Assembly: GCA_965368975.1 (NCBI GenBank) | Contig: CBDUPA010000018.1 | Span: forward strand, 32,001 to 96,000 | Source of the DNA: an uncultured bacterium | GTDB taxonomy: Bacteria > Acidobacteriota > Thermoanaerobaculia > Multivoradales > JAHZIX01 | DNA: 64,000 nucleotides | Reading direction: 5' to 3' | In this document: piece after piece, positions 9,396 through 22,428 of the stretch | How the letters are laid out: every line of letters begins with the position of its first letter | How positions within the stretch are numbered: the first letter of the stretch is position 1 | Made by a program: the position numbers and the translations under genes | Notes under the pieces: generated by a model | The model's database searches: none | Told to the model about the DNA's origin: nothing | The model's input: only the letters and a program-made list of their open reading frames with translations

Positions 9396-10645
9396 ACGCT
9401 CAGCCAACCCGAGCCCCCCGCTACGTACGCTCCCGGCATCTGCAGGTCGAGCATCAGCATGGAGATCAGCGCGTCTTGGTGCACGGTCTGCTGGGTCACC
9501 GGCTGCGCGTCAACTCGGCGACCCAGCGCTTCCTGGACGCCTTCGCGCAGCCGCGGCACCTGGAAGAGCTACTGCCCTCCGGTGCCGGTGCCCCGGAAGC
9601 CGTGCAGCGGTCCTTTGAACAGCTTTGCCGGGCCGGCTTCCTGGTCGACGAAACGCACCGCGAGACCTTGAGCGACAAGCAACTGCAACGGGTCACGCCT
9701 GGATTCTTCAATTGCCCCAGCCTGCCGCTGAGCCGTGCTACGGAGACAGATGCCGCGTTGCTCGGAGTGCCCTTCGACTACGGCAACCACAAAGAGCCCG
9801 GGGCTCGCTACGGCGCGGCTGCCCTGCGACGCTGGAGCTGCGACGGCTTGCACTACCTGCTCGACCCCCAAACGCAGCGGCCCCAGGGCTGGTACGACAA
9901 CGAATTCGATCGGCCACTGCTCGGCGGCGTCCGCCTGGGCGATCTCGGCAACCTGTTCGCGACACCGAACGAAGCACCCGAGCAAGTCTTCCACAAGCTC
10001 ACCGACTTGGTTCGCCAGCTGCTGAGCGACAACGTACTGCCCGTGGTGATCGGCGGTGATCATTCGATCACCTATGCCTGCGTACGCGCCTACGAGAAGC
10101 CGATCGCCGTGCTGCAGATCGACGCCCACTCCGACCTCGCTCCGTACCACGGCGGTGTCGCCAATCACCACGGGAATGTCATGTCCCGCATCCTGGCGCT
10201 GGACACCGTGTGCGGCCTGCACCAGGTCGGCCTGCGCGGAGTCACCAACGTAGCTCAGCTGTCACCGGGCAGGCGCGGTGTCGAGACTACTTTGTCGCCT
10301 CGCCAGGTGCGCCGGATCGGTCTGCAGGGTCTGCTAGAACGACTACCGGCTGACCTCGATTACTACGTCTCGCTCGACATTGACGCGATCGATCCGATCC
10401 ACGCTCCGGCTACGAGTACCCCGGTCCCAGGAGGATTCGACCCCATCGAGCTCAAGGAAATGCTCTGGGGCATCGCGCGTGAGCGCCGCTGTGTCGGTTT
10501 CGACCTGGTCGAGATCAACCCGCGCCGAGACGTCAACGACCTGACGCTGGCAGTGGCACAGGAGCTACTCCTTGCCTTCCTCGGCGGTCACTTCGACGAT
10601 CAGCAGCCGATCCCGGCGACGACCAGCAGCGAGAGCGTGTCATGA
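9392..10645 (+). CDS. Ureohydrolase (arginase/agmatinase family) with N-terminal RRE-like domain; putative peptide arginase
   Basis: GGDHSIT, DAHSD and SLDIDAIDP metal motifs; ATGA overlap with the peptidase; N-terminal extension ending FEQLCRAGFLV. Confidence 0.88.
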   Translation: MNAQPTRAPRYVRSRHLQVEHQHGDQRVLVHGLLGHRLRVNSATQRFLDAFAQPRHLEELLPSGAGAPEAVQRSFEQLCRAGFLVDETHRETLSDKQLQRVTPGFFNCPSLPLSRATETDAALLGVPFDYGNHKEPGARYGAAALRRWSCDGLHYLLDPQTQRPQGWYDNEFDRPLLGGVRLGDLGNLFATPNEAPEQVFHKLTDLVRQLLSDNVLPVVIGGDHSITYACVRAYEKPIAVLQIDAHSDLAPYHGGVANHHGNVMSRILALDTVCGLHQVGLRGVTNVAQLSPGRRGVETTLSPRQVRRIGLQGLLERLPADLDYYVSLDIDAIDPIHAPATSTPVPGGFDPIELKEMLWGIARERRCVGFDLVEINPRRDVNDLTLAVAQELLLAFLGGHFDDQQPIPATTSSESVS

Positions 10646-11925
10646 CTCTCACCCGCCTGCTGCCGCTCGCCACCGCCACCGGTCGCAGTTTGATCGGGCT
10701 CGCCGTGCGTCGACAGTTGATCGCGTATGCGGCTCAGTTGCGAGGTTCGCATACCTTCGCACTCCTCAATCTCTTTCTGGCACTGCCCGAGCAGCGCGCC
10801 GGAAACCCCTGGCCCAAGGATCTGAGCCGGCTGGCCTGGCAGGTCTTGGCCTACCGCTCCCTCAACGACCTCGACTTCACGGCGCTGCGCTGGCAGCGCT
10901 TCGAAGTCGAAGGCCGTCGCTACCTGGAGTGGGCACAGCACCGAAGACGCGGCGTCATCCTGTGCAGCCAGCACCTTGGCGCCTATCGTCGTCTCACCTG
11001 GGAGCTGCTGCAACAAGGCGAGCGATTGCATGTGCTGGTCGATGCGCGTGTGGCGGCGGGATTCCGCCGCCAGCTGGCAGCGCAACTCGAGCGTCAGAAA
11101 GTACCACCGAGCCAGCGGGAAGAGCTGCTCAGCCGGCTGACCGTGCTCGACGCTGAAGCTCCCGGAAGCACGCGCCCCATCCTAGATGCCCTGCGCGCCG
11201 GCGGCCTCCTGCTCGTCTACCTCGACGGCAACACTGGCGCCACCGGCCCTGGCGCCAACGAGACACCCGTACGCAACGAACTCGCGCACACCAACAATGT
11301 CGAGGTCGACTTCTTCGGCCGCAGCATCACGGTGCGACGAGGCGTCTGCCAGCTTGCCCATGCTACTGGTGCGGCGCTGGTACCGCTGTTCGCTCAGTGG
11401 CGCGGCGGTACCAATCCAAGGCCGGCGATGGAATTCCATCCCCCCCTGCTCGTTCCCGAGGGGATGGACCGCGAAACCTTCTGCCGTCGCGGCATGCAGC
11501 ATCTCTTCCGGCTGTCGGAGGACCAGATACGCCGCCGACCTGCACAGTTCGAGCAGTGGCTCCACGCGCACCGCTGGTGGCTGAGGACCGCCTCTGCTGA
11601 TAGGGCCTCTGCTGATAGGGCCACCGCTGGAGGTCCCAGGTACCTCGCGCCGGATCATCCCTCCGAGAGGGCGGCGCTGCATCGCTTCCGCCTCGATCCC
11701 CGGCACGCCCTGCTCTTGAAGCTCGGCCGAGAGACCCTGCTGCTCGACGGCTACCGAGGCCACCTGGTTCGCGGCGGACAGTTGCTGTCTGCCACCGCCC
11801 GGGCACTGCGGCGGGCGCTGTCACCGCAAGAGCTGGTCCAGCGACTGTCCACGTATCCAGCTCCCCGCGTCCTGCAGACCTTCCAAGACCTGCAGCACCG
11901 GGGCCTCCTGCAATACGCCACCTAG
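10642..11925 (+). CDS. LpxL/LPLAT-like acyltransferase 1 with C-terminal RRE-like domain
   Basis: GVILCSQHLG, LLVYLDGN, VDFFGRSITVRRGVCQLAHATGAALVP, RPAQFEQW; C-terminal ~80 aa ending FQDLQHRGLL. Confidence 0.8.
   Translation: MTLTRLLPLATATGRSLIGLAVRRQLIAYAAQLRGSHTFALLNLFLALPEQRAGNPWPKDLSRLAWQVLAYRSLNDLDFTALRWQRFEVEGRRYLEWAQHRRRGVILCSQHLGAYRRLTWELLQQGERLHVLVDARVAAGFRRQLAAQLERQKVPPSQREELLSRLTVLDAEAPGSTRPILDALRAGGLLLVYLDGNTGATGPGANETPVRNELAHTNNVEVDFFGRSITVRRGVCQLAHATGAALVPLFAQWRGGTNPRPAMEFHPPLLVPEGMDRETFCRRGMQHLFRLSEDQIRRRPAQFEQWLHAHRWWLRTASADRASADRATAGGPRYLAPDHPSERAALHRFRLDPRHALLLKLGRETLLLDGYRGHLVRGGQLLSATARALRRALSPQELVQRLSTYPAPRVLQTFQDLQHRGLLQYAT
11591..11622 (+). repeat. In-frame 15-bp tandem duplication (ASADR x2) in the interdomain linker
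   Basis: CCTCTGCTGATAGGG twice, then CC. Confidence 0.85.
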
Positions 11926-11934
11926 GGAGTGATC

Positions 11935-12690
11935 ATGGAAGCCTCGACCCACATGTTCATCGCCGTCTTCGCCGGCTATACCGCCAGCCTCGGCCTCTGG
12001 TTCGCCCTCACGCGGCGCTTTCAGCAGCAATTGTGGGTTCCCACCGGAGACCTCACCTTCGAGCGCCCCGGTCGCGAGTTGGCCTGGGCCATGTTGACGG
12101 CCGTCGGTATCTTTGTCGTCAGCACCCTGTACAGCCTGGGACATCTGTTCTCGTTGCCGTCCTCGGGCTGGACGCGCAAGCTGGCCTTTCTCGGCCTGCT
12201 GATGCTGGTGTGGTCGCCCCTGGCGCTCCATCTATGGCTTCGCCACCAGACGCTGGAGACATGCTTGGCATCCCTCAGTGGCTGGCCCAAACGACTCGCT
12301 TGGGGTTTCGCCGGCTCCCTCGTAGCGATGCTGACCTTCCATCTGATCCGAGGCAACGATCCACGCCAGGCTTTCGTCGCGCTGTGGAGCTGGCAACCCA
12401 TCGACATGGTCCAGAGCCTGATCCAGTTCGCTGGCTTCGGCTTCCTGCTGACTCGCCTGATTGGCGTCCTCGGCCGGCGCGGCGGCATCCTCACCTGCGG
12501 CCTTCTCTACGGCCTGGTGAAGTACCCCTATTACCTGAACCAGCTGCACATGAGCTGGGCTGAGGCGACCGCGCTGATCGCCTTCAGCTCCTTCGTGGCC
12601 TGCACTGCCATCTACCTCGCCTACGACCGTCGGGATGTCGTGGTGCCAGCCATCGTCCACGTCTTCATGGACATGTCCCAAGTCGCCTAA
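11935..12690 (+). CDS. Multi-TM membrane protein, degenerate CPBP/Abi (CAAX protease-like) family
   Basis: Highly hydrophobic; C-terminal PAIVHVFMD matches the last CPBP motif, but the EExxxR and FxxxH positions read QSLIQFAG and LYGLVK. Confidence 0.6.
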   Translation: MEASTHMFIAVFAGYTASLGLWFALTRRFQQQLWVPTGDLTFERPGRELAWAMLTAVGIFVVSTLYSLGHLFSLPSSGWTRKLAFLGLLMLVWSPLALHLWLRHQTLETCLASLSGWPKRLAWGFAGSLVAMLTFHLIRGNDPRQAFVALWSWQPIDMVQSLIQFAGFGFLLTRLIGVLGRRGGILTCGLLYGLVKYPYYLNQLHMSWAEATALIAFSSFVACTAIYLAYDRRDVVVPAIVHVFMDMSQVA

Positions 12691-12708
12691 CCCACCGGAG
12701 GTAGCCTC

Positions 12709-13968
12709 ATGATCGTACTCACCTCGACCCCGCGCCCCGACCGAACTCCGGCCCGTCTGCTCCGCCGCATGCCCAAGCTGCTGCAGCGCGTCGGCCAGGC
12801 GCCTGAGAAGCGCACTTTCCTGCGTATGTTGGGCAACACGTACTACTCCAACTACATCAACCTCTCGCTGGTCTTCCGTCAGCGCTGGAGTGATCGCCGG
12901 ATTCGCCGGGTTGCCCGTCAGGCGGTCGAGGTCTACGTCAAGAACGGTATCGAATACTTGACTCCGGGTCAGTGGCGTGGCTTCACGATTCACGGACAGC
13001 AGCACCTGGACGCCGCCCTGAACTGCGGCAAGGGCCTGGTCGTCGCTTGCCAGCACCTGGGACCGCAGCGCTTCTCGTTGCTGACCCTGGCACAGCACGT
13101 GCCAGCGGTCCACGCCGCAGTCACCGAGGTGTTCGTCGAGAGATTGCGCGACTGGTTGGCTCGAGTCGAAACCGATGCCAACGACGGGCCGGCAGCGGAG
13201 CTGGCACAGCGCGTCCATACGCTGGCCGTCGAGGAACCGACCTGCGCGCTCAAGATGGTGCGTGCGCTGCGCCGTGGCGAAGCCGTGATGTTCGACGTCG
13301 ACGGCAACATCGGCGTCGGCGGCGAGGGCCGCACGCGCGAGGCGGCCATGCCACTGACCTTCCTCGGTCGCGAGGTCCAGGTACGGACAGGCGTGGCCTA
13401 CCTATCGCACCGCACGGGCGCCCCCATCCTCCCGGTGCTCACGGTTTGGGGGCCTGACGGACAACCCCACCTCGAGTTCCAACCACCCATGTCTGCCGAG
13501 ACGGAAGAGAGCCGCGACGCCTACTGCCGGCGCGTGATGCCTCGGATCTACGGCCTGCTGGAAGCCACGCTGCTGCAACAGCCCGAGCAGTGGGAGATGT
13601 GGCCGCAGTTGTTCAAGTGGATCCGTCCGCCCGCACCGCTCACGGGTGAAGAAGCCCAAGAAACCCTCGGTCGTCTCAGCGGCGAACTGCACCAGCAGCT
13701 TCAGCAAGCGCCCCAGACCTGGCTGCAGGTGCATCCGCACGATGCCTTCACGCTCCGTATCCGCGACCGCCGCCTGCTCATCGATCGACGCAACTTCCGC
13801 TTCTTCCTGTCCAATGAGACTGGCGAGAGGCTGGTCCGTTTCCTCCACAAGGGCATCCCACTGCAGGGCCTGCTCCAGCGTATGGGCAAGGCTTCGTCGC
13901 CGGAGACTACCCTGCACGAACTCGCCCGCTTGCACATGCTCGACCTGCTCGAAGCTCGAGTCGCCTGA
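12709..13968 (+). CDS. LpxL/LPLAT-like acyltransferase 2 with C-terminal RRE-like domain
   Basis: GKGLVVACQHLG, MFDVDGN, FLGREVQVRTGVAYLSHRTGAPILP, QPEQWEMW; RBS GGAGG; paralogous to 10642-11925. Confidence 0.82.
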   Translation: MIVLTSTPRPDRTPARLLRRMPKLLQRVGQAPEKRTFLRMLGNTYYSNYINLSLVFRQRWSDRRIRRVARQAVEVYVKNGIEYLTPGQWRGFTIHGQQHLDAALNCGKGLVVACQHLGPQRFSLLTLAQHVPAVHAAVTEVFVERLRDWLARVETDANDGPAAELAQRVHTLAVEEPTCALKMVRALRRGEAVMFDVDGNIGVGGEGRTREAAMPLTFLGREVQVRTGVAYLSHRTGAPILPVLTVWGPDGQPHLEFQPPMSAETEESRDAYCRRVMPRIYGLLEATLLQQPEQWEMWPQLFKWIRPPAPLTGEEAQETLGRLSGELHQQLQQAPQTWLQVHPHDAFTLRIRDRRLLIDRRNFRFFLSNETGERLVRFLHKGIPLQGLLQRMGKASSPETTLHELARLHMLDLLEARVA

Positions 13969-13996
13969 ACCCAGCCATCTGTTCCAGGAGAGCACC

Positions 13997-17809
<3,813 letters not shown>

Positions 17810-17893
17810 CGCCGACCTGCGCCACTCGCTAGCGGCTCTGGAACTCGCTTCCGCAAACTGCTCTATCGGAAATGAGGAGGAGAGGGGAAAGGT

Positions 17894-17970
17894 TGGTAGC
17901 CCCAACGGGATTCGAACCCGTGTCGCCAGCTTGAAAGGCTGGTGTCCTGACCTGGCTAGACGATGGGGCC
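17894..17970 (-). tRNA. tRNA-Glu (TTC)
   Basis: GGCCCCATCGTCTAGCCAGGTCAGGACACCAGCCTTTCAAGCTGGCGACACGGGTTCGAATCCCGTTGGGGCTACCA: cloverleaf, anticodon TTC, T-loop GTTCGAATC, encoded CCA. Confidence 0.97.
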
Positions 17971-18047
17971 TCTGTGGTCTCTAGAGAGCGAGGGCCGCTC
18001 TTCGGAAGGCGAAGACTACCACAAGTCCGGCGTTCGATTGCAACCCC

Positions 18048-19784
18048 TCAACTCAACTCTCCCCGCTTCAAACGGTCGAAGTAGCGATGGTACGCCTTCA
18101 TCGCCTGACGTCCGAAAAGCACCATGATCGGGATGTTGGCGAACAGCATGAACCCGGTGCCGAGGGTCGAGATGGCGTCGAGCTGAACCTCGGTGCGGAT
18201 CAGCGGTGAGGCAGCGACCAGAATCGCCAGGCAGAAAATCAGACGGTACGGCAGAACACCGCGTTCGCCGAACAGGAAGACGATACCCTGCTCACCGTAG
18301 TAGCTCCAGGAGATCATCGTCGACAGGGCAAACAGCCAGGCGGCTATCGGCACCAACCAGAAACCGAGACCTGGGAAGACGGCGTCGTAGGCCTTGGCGG
18401 TGAGCGTCGCGCCCTTGTACTCGGTGTAGAGGCCGCCATCGAGCAGGCGTGGGCGGCTCGTGCTGGCCAGCGGATCCCAGCGTACCTGCACTTCGCTCTC
18501 CCCTGCTCCCACAGGACCGGCTTCCCCTTGACTGGCTTCCCCTTGACTGGCTTCCCCGTGGCTGGCCTCGACGTGGCCGTACAGACGGTGGCGATCACTA
18601 CCACGCTGGGCGTCGACATCCGCCTGCACCACCGCGAAGAGCACGTCTCCTTCAGCCCAATCACTGCCGTCGCGGTGCGGGGGCAGGGCCGTGGTCTCGG
18701 GGACCCACTGCCCCGCCTCGACCTCGACCAAAGCCGGCACCCTGTCGACCGCGTAGGCGGCGTCCGGCGCACGGTTCCAGACACCGCTGAGCAGAATCAC
18801 CAGGGCGGTGAGAGTGCACACGCAGAGGGTGTCGATGAAGGGTTCCAGCCCCGCCACGACACCCTCGCTCACTGGCTCGTCCGTCTTGACGGCGGCGTGG
18901 GCGATCGGTGCCGAGCCCTGGCCAGCCTCGCTGGAGAACAGCGCGCGCTGCATGCCGCGCAGGAACGCCCAACCGACAGCACCGCCAAGGAAGGCTCCTT
19001 GCGCCTCGGCTGGGTTGAAGGCCGAGTCGAAGATGAGGCGAAAGACGTCCGGCACGTCTTGCCAGCGCACCGCGACCACCGCCAGGCCAGCCAGCAGGTA
19101 GATGCCGCACATGAAGGGAACCAGCCGACCAGCAACGGCCCCGATGCGTTGGATACCGCCGACCACCACCAGGCTGACCAGAGCCGTCAAGACAATACCG
19201 GTGATCAAGATCGGTACGCCGAAGTACTCGCGCGTGATGTCCGCGACGTTCCAAGCCTGGAACATGTTGCCACCGGTGAACGTGGAGGTCAGCAAGGTGA
19301 CACAGAAGACACCGCCCAGGAACTTGCCGAGCGGCGCCAGGCGCGGGCTCAGCTTGGCCAGACCACGGCTGACCACCCACATCGCGCCACCGTGCGGGTT
19401 GTCCGGGTCGTCCAGGTTGCGGTAGAGCATGGTCTGGGTGACCTCGGTCATCTTCAGCGCCATGCCGAAGACACCGGTCACCCACATCCAGAACACCGCC
19501 CCGGGCCCACCCAGCGACACCGCGATCGCAACGCCCGCGATATTGCCCAGGCCAACGGTGGCGGAGAGCGCGGCGGACAGTGCCTGAAAGTGGTTGATGG
19601 CCCCCGGATCACCCGCGTGGTCGAACTGGCCACGGAGCACCGCCACGCCGTGCGTCAGTGCCCGGTACTGGCCGAACCCGCTCCAGATGGTGAACAGCAC
19701 ACCCACCCCGAGTAGGGTGAAGAGCACGGCATCGTGCCAGAGGATACTGCTGATCGCGTTGACCACCGACATGACGACGTCCAT
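18048..19784 (-). CDS. Alanine/glycine:cation symporter (AGCS family)
   Basis: ALSATVGLGNIAGVA, GGPGAVFWMW, FSSEAGQGSAPIAHAA, LEPFIDT, FALSTMISWSYYGE. Confidence 0.93.
   Translation of the reverse strand: MDVVMSVVNAISSILWHDAVLFTLLGVGVLFTIWSGFGQYRALTHGVAVLRGQFDHAGDPGAINHFQALSAALSATVGLGNIAGVAIAVSLGGPGAVFWMWVTGVFGMALKMTEVTQTMLYRNLDDPDNPHGGAMWVVSRGLAKLSPRLAPLGKFLGGVFCVTLLTSTFTGGNMFQAWNVADITREYFGVPILITGIVLTALVSLVVVGGIQRIGAVAGRLVPFMCGIYLLAGLAVVAVRWQDVPDVFRLIFDSAFNPAEAQGAFLGGAVGWAFLRGMQRALFSSEAGQGSAPIAHAAVKTDEPVSEGVVAGLEPFIDTLCVCTLTALVILLSGVWNRAPDAAYAVDRVPALVEVEAGQWVPETTALPPHRDGSDWAEGDVLFAVVQADVDAQRGSDRHRLYGHVEASHGEASQGEASQGEAGPVGAGESEVQVRWDPLASTSRPRLLDGGLYTEYKGATLTAKAYDAVFPGLGFWLVPIAAWLFALSTMISWSYYGEQGIVFLFGERGVLPYRLIFCLAILVAASPLIRTEVQLDAISTLGTGFMLFANIPIMVLFGRQAMKAYHRYFDRLKRGELS
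18521..18557. repeat. In-frame 15-bp tandem repeat (GEASQ units) in a loop of the symporter
   Basis: CTTCCCCTTGACTGG twice, then CTTCCCC. Confidence 0.8.
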
Positions 19785-21731
19785 CTAGACCTCCGCGGTG
19801 TTCTCGTCCTCGGTGACACTCTCCTCCACCGGTGGGTCCACCGTCTGCAGCGCCCGTTCCAGCGCGGCGACCGCTTCTTTACGCATCAGCAGAGTCAGGC
19901 GATCGAGGCGGCCGAGGCGATCGAGCAACGGGCCGAAGTGTGGCTCAGAGTCCGCCCAGCCGACCAGCGAACAGTACTTCTCCGATTCGCTGCTCAGCAG
20001 GTCGCGCACCAGCGCCTTGCGGTCGTCTCCCGGGGGCAGATCGAGCGTCTTGAACAACGCCTTTCCCTCGGCGAGCGCGACGTTCCAGGTGGTGAGCGCC
20101 AGTGCATCGTTGCTCAGCAGGTCGATGTAGGCCTGGCGCACGCTGCCGAACTCGTCGGATACCTGCCGCAGCACCACTACCGGGTGCTCAACCTCGAACT
20201 CGTCGCGCACCAGCTCGGCAATCAGCAGGTTCAGTTCGTCGTTGGGGGTCGCCGCCAGCACGCGGCAATCGCGCTCGACGCCCGCTTTGTCATAGGTCGA
20301 GACGTCGCGCGCGTCGCCCGAGACGGTGAGGATGTTCTGCTCGCGCAGCGGTGCCAGCTTCTGGCTTGACGAGTCGACCACCACGACCGTCCAGCCGCGG
20401 CGGCGGAAGCACTGCGCCAGCTCCGTCGAGATCTCGTTGGCACCGACCAGCACTAGGCGTCGACGCGATGGATCGCCGTAGTAGCCGAGCCAGCGCGGCA
20501 ACCAACTCGCCATGATGGTCGCCCAGGTACAGGTCGCCAGGATCACCAAGTAGACCAAGCCTTCCAGGCGCGCGGCATCTTCGGCATGGCCGGTAGCGCG
20601 CAGCGCGATCGCCGACAGCGACGCAACCGCCGCGGCGACGATACCGCGTGGTGCAGTGAGCGCCAACAACAGGCGTTCGCGAATGTCGAGCACACTCGGC
20701 GGTATCGACACGAATACCGACAATGGTCGCACCAAGAGGATCAAGCCGACGACCACCAAGCCGCCGCGCCAACCCAGACTGGCCATCGCCGACAGGTCGA
20801 GCTGCCCCGAGAGCAGCACGAAAAGCACGGAGATGAAGAGCACCGTCAACTGGCCCTTGAAGGCCTTGAGCGGCGACAAATCCGGGATCTGTGCTCCACC
20901 CACAATGATACCCATGACCACCGACGCCAGGATGCCCGACTGTTTGGACAGGTGCTCAGAGAGGAAGAAGCAGCCGAAGAGAATGGCCAGGGTCACCAGG
21001 CTGCGCAGCTCCTGCGGCACAAAGCGGCGGCGCAGCGCCATCACAGCCAGAACCGCACCGAAACCACCGACTACGGTCCCGTAGATGCCGAGGCTGAACA
21101 CCTGCTGCAGCATGGCTTGGAAGCCGAGGTCCGACCGCTCGATCCATTGCAGAACCAGGTAGGCGAGCAGCGCGCCGATCGGGTCGATCATCAACCCTTC
21201 TGACGCCAGCAGGGTGCGTGCCTTGCGAGGGGCCACCATGTGGCGCAGCAAGGGCGTGATGACCGTCGGCCCCGTGACCGTCACAATGGCACCGAAAAGA
21301 GCCGCCGTCGGCCACGACATGTCGATCAGGAAGTGCGCCAGCACCGCGGCACCAGCGCCGGTGACGGCGGCACCCACAGTCAACAAGTTGCGCAACGAGC
21401 TGCCTACCTGGCGTACCTGTACGAGATCCAGCGACAGTGACCCCTCGAACAGGATCAGGGCTACACCCAGATGCAGAATCACCTCCAGCGCATGGCCGAG
21501 ACTTCGCGGATCGAAGAAGCCGAGGCCAAACGGGCCGGCGGCCATGCCGAGCAACAGCAGCGGCAAAATGGCTGGCAGCTTGAAGCGGTGCGCGATCACC
21601 TGGGCAAAAATGCCCAGCACCACGGCGGCAACCACCGCGGCGAGCATGTCCTCCACCACGGCCACTTCCCCCTGTGTACTCTGGAGAAGGAAAGCTGACA
21701 GGGAGTCAAACCAGGAAAGATTCGGGGTCAT
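19785..21731 (-). CDS. CPA1 cation:proton antiporter with TrkA-N (RCK) domain
   Basis: LILFEGSLSL, VTGPTVITPL, SEGLMIDPIG, APRGIVAAAVAS; C-terminal LVGAN...GDA...ATPNDELN. Start codon uncertain. Confidence 0.88.
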   Translation of the reverse strand: MTPNLSWFDSLSAFLLQSTQGEVAVVEDMLAAVVAAVVLGIFAQVIAHRFKLPAILPLLLLGMAAGPFGLGFFDPRSLGHALEVILHLGVALILFEGSLSLDLVQVRQVGSSLRNLLTVGAAVTGAGAAVLAHFLIDMSWPTAALFGAIVTVTGPTVITPLLRHMVAPRKARTLLASEGLMIDPIGALLAYLVLQWIERSDLGFQAMLQQVFSLGIYGTVVGGFGAVLAVMALRRRFVPQELRSLVTLAILFGCFFLSEHLSKQSGILASVVMGIIVGGAQIPDLSPLKAFKGQLTVLFISVLFVLLSGQLDLSAMASLGWRGGLVVVGLILLVRPLSVFVSIPPSVLDIRERLLLALTAPRGIVAAAVASLSAIALRATGHAEDAARLEGLVYLVILATCTWATIMASWLPRWLGYYGDPSRRRLVLVGANEISTELAQCFRRRGWTVVVVDSSSQKLAPLREQNILTVSGDARDVSTYDKAGVERDCRVLAATPNDELNLLIAELVRDEFEVEHPVVVLRQVSDEFGSVRQAYIDLLSNDALALTTWNVALAEGKALFKTLDLPPGDDRKALVRDLLSSESEKYCSLVGWADSEPHFGPLLDRLGRLDRLTLLMRKEAVAALERALQTVDPPVEESVTEDENTAEV

Positions 21732-21996
21732 GAAGTCGGGTCTCGCTAATGAGTCAGGCGGGAGGGTTGCGGACAGCACGAATGCCGGGGGGCGAGTATG
21801 CCACAAGTCGAACGCCCAGCACTGGCCCTGGAGGCCACAGCCCCACTGCTGGCAGCCGACGTTTCCGCAACTCTTTGTCCCGTACAACGTAGTTCGATAC
21901 ACATCCAGATCATCAGGGCAGCTCTGTCCCAAGATCACTTGATGTCTCCGGGTCCACTGTACTCAACACCCGTAACTGTCGAAGAGGAGATTCACC

Positions 21997-22140
21997 ATGA
22001 AGAAGCAGACTCAGCGCAAGAACCTCAAGCTCCGCAAGGACACGCTACACCAACTGGTGGAAGACAAGCTGGAGCAGGCCCAGGGCGGCTACTACGGTGG
22101 GACAGATGACGTCATCTGCCATTCGCGTACCACCAACTGA
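21997..22140 (+). CDS. Orphan double-glycine RiPP-like precursor, 47 aa; not in ORF track
   Basis: RBS GAGGAG; MKKQTQRKNLKLRKDTLHQLVEDKLEQAQGG-YYGGTDDVICHSRTTN; followed by a 9-bp stem (22165-22198). Confidence 0.75.
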   Translation: MKKQTQRKNLKLRKDTLHQLVEDKLEQAQGGYYGGTDDVICHSRTTN

Positions 22141-22230
22141 CTCGACGATCCGCTAGGTCAGTCCACTGAGGCCAACGAAGCGATGTAGCGGCCTCAGTCG
22201 AGTCCTCGCAGCACAGCGGCGAGACGTGCA

Positions 22231-22398
22231 ATGCGCAACCTTGTCCATGGCCCCACCTTTCTGCTCAGTATGGCCCTCTGCCTGGCTGTCGCTGGCCTGG
22301 TTCACTGGGCTTCAGGGCTCTCTTTCCTGGTTGCCATGGGTCTCGTCCTCGCCGCCGTGCTGCTCAATGGCGCTGTCATTGCCTGGTTCGAAGACTAG
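22231..22398 (+). CDS. Small two-TM membrane protein, 55 aa; not in ORF track
   Basis: MRNLVHGPTFLLSMALCLAVAGLVHWASGLSFLVAMGLVLAAVLLNGAVIAWFED; fills the gap between the precursor and the hydrolase. Confidence 0.55.
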   Translation: MRNLVHGPTFLLSMALCLAVAGLVHWASGLSFLVAMGLVLAAVLLNGAVIAWFED

Positions 22399-22428
22399 GA
22401 AGCCTCAAACCTCCGCTAGACTTGAGCC

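Noticed and set aside
9392-10645. Housekeeping agmatinase (speB)
   Set aside because: The extra N-terminal domain and coupling within a peptide-modification operon argue against a polyamine role, so no symbol was assigned.
17810-18047. Integrase or att direct repeat at tRNA-Glu
   Set aside because: No recombinase gene or duplicated tRNA 3' end was found within this window.
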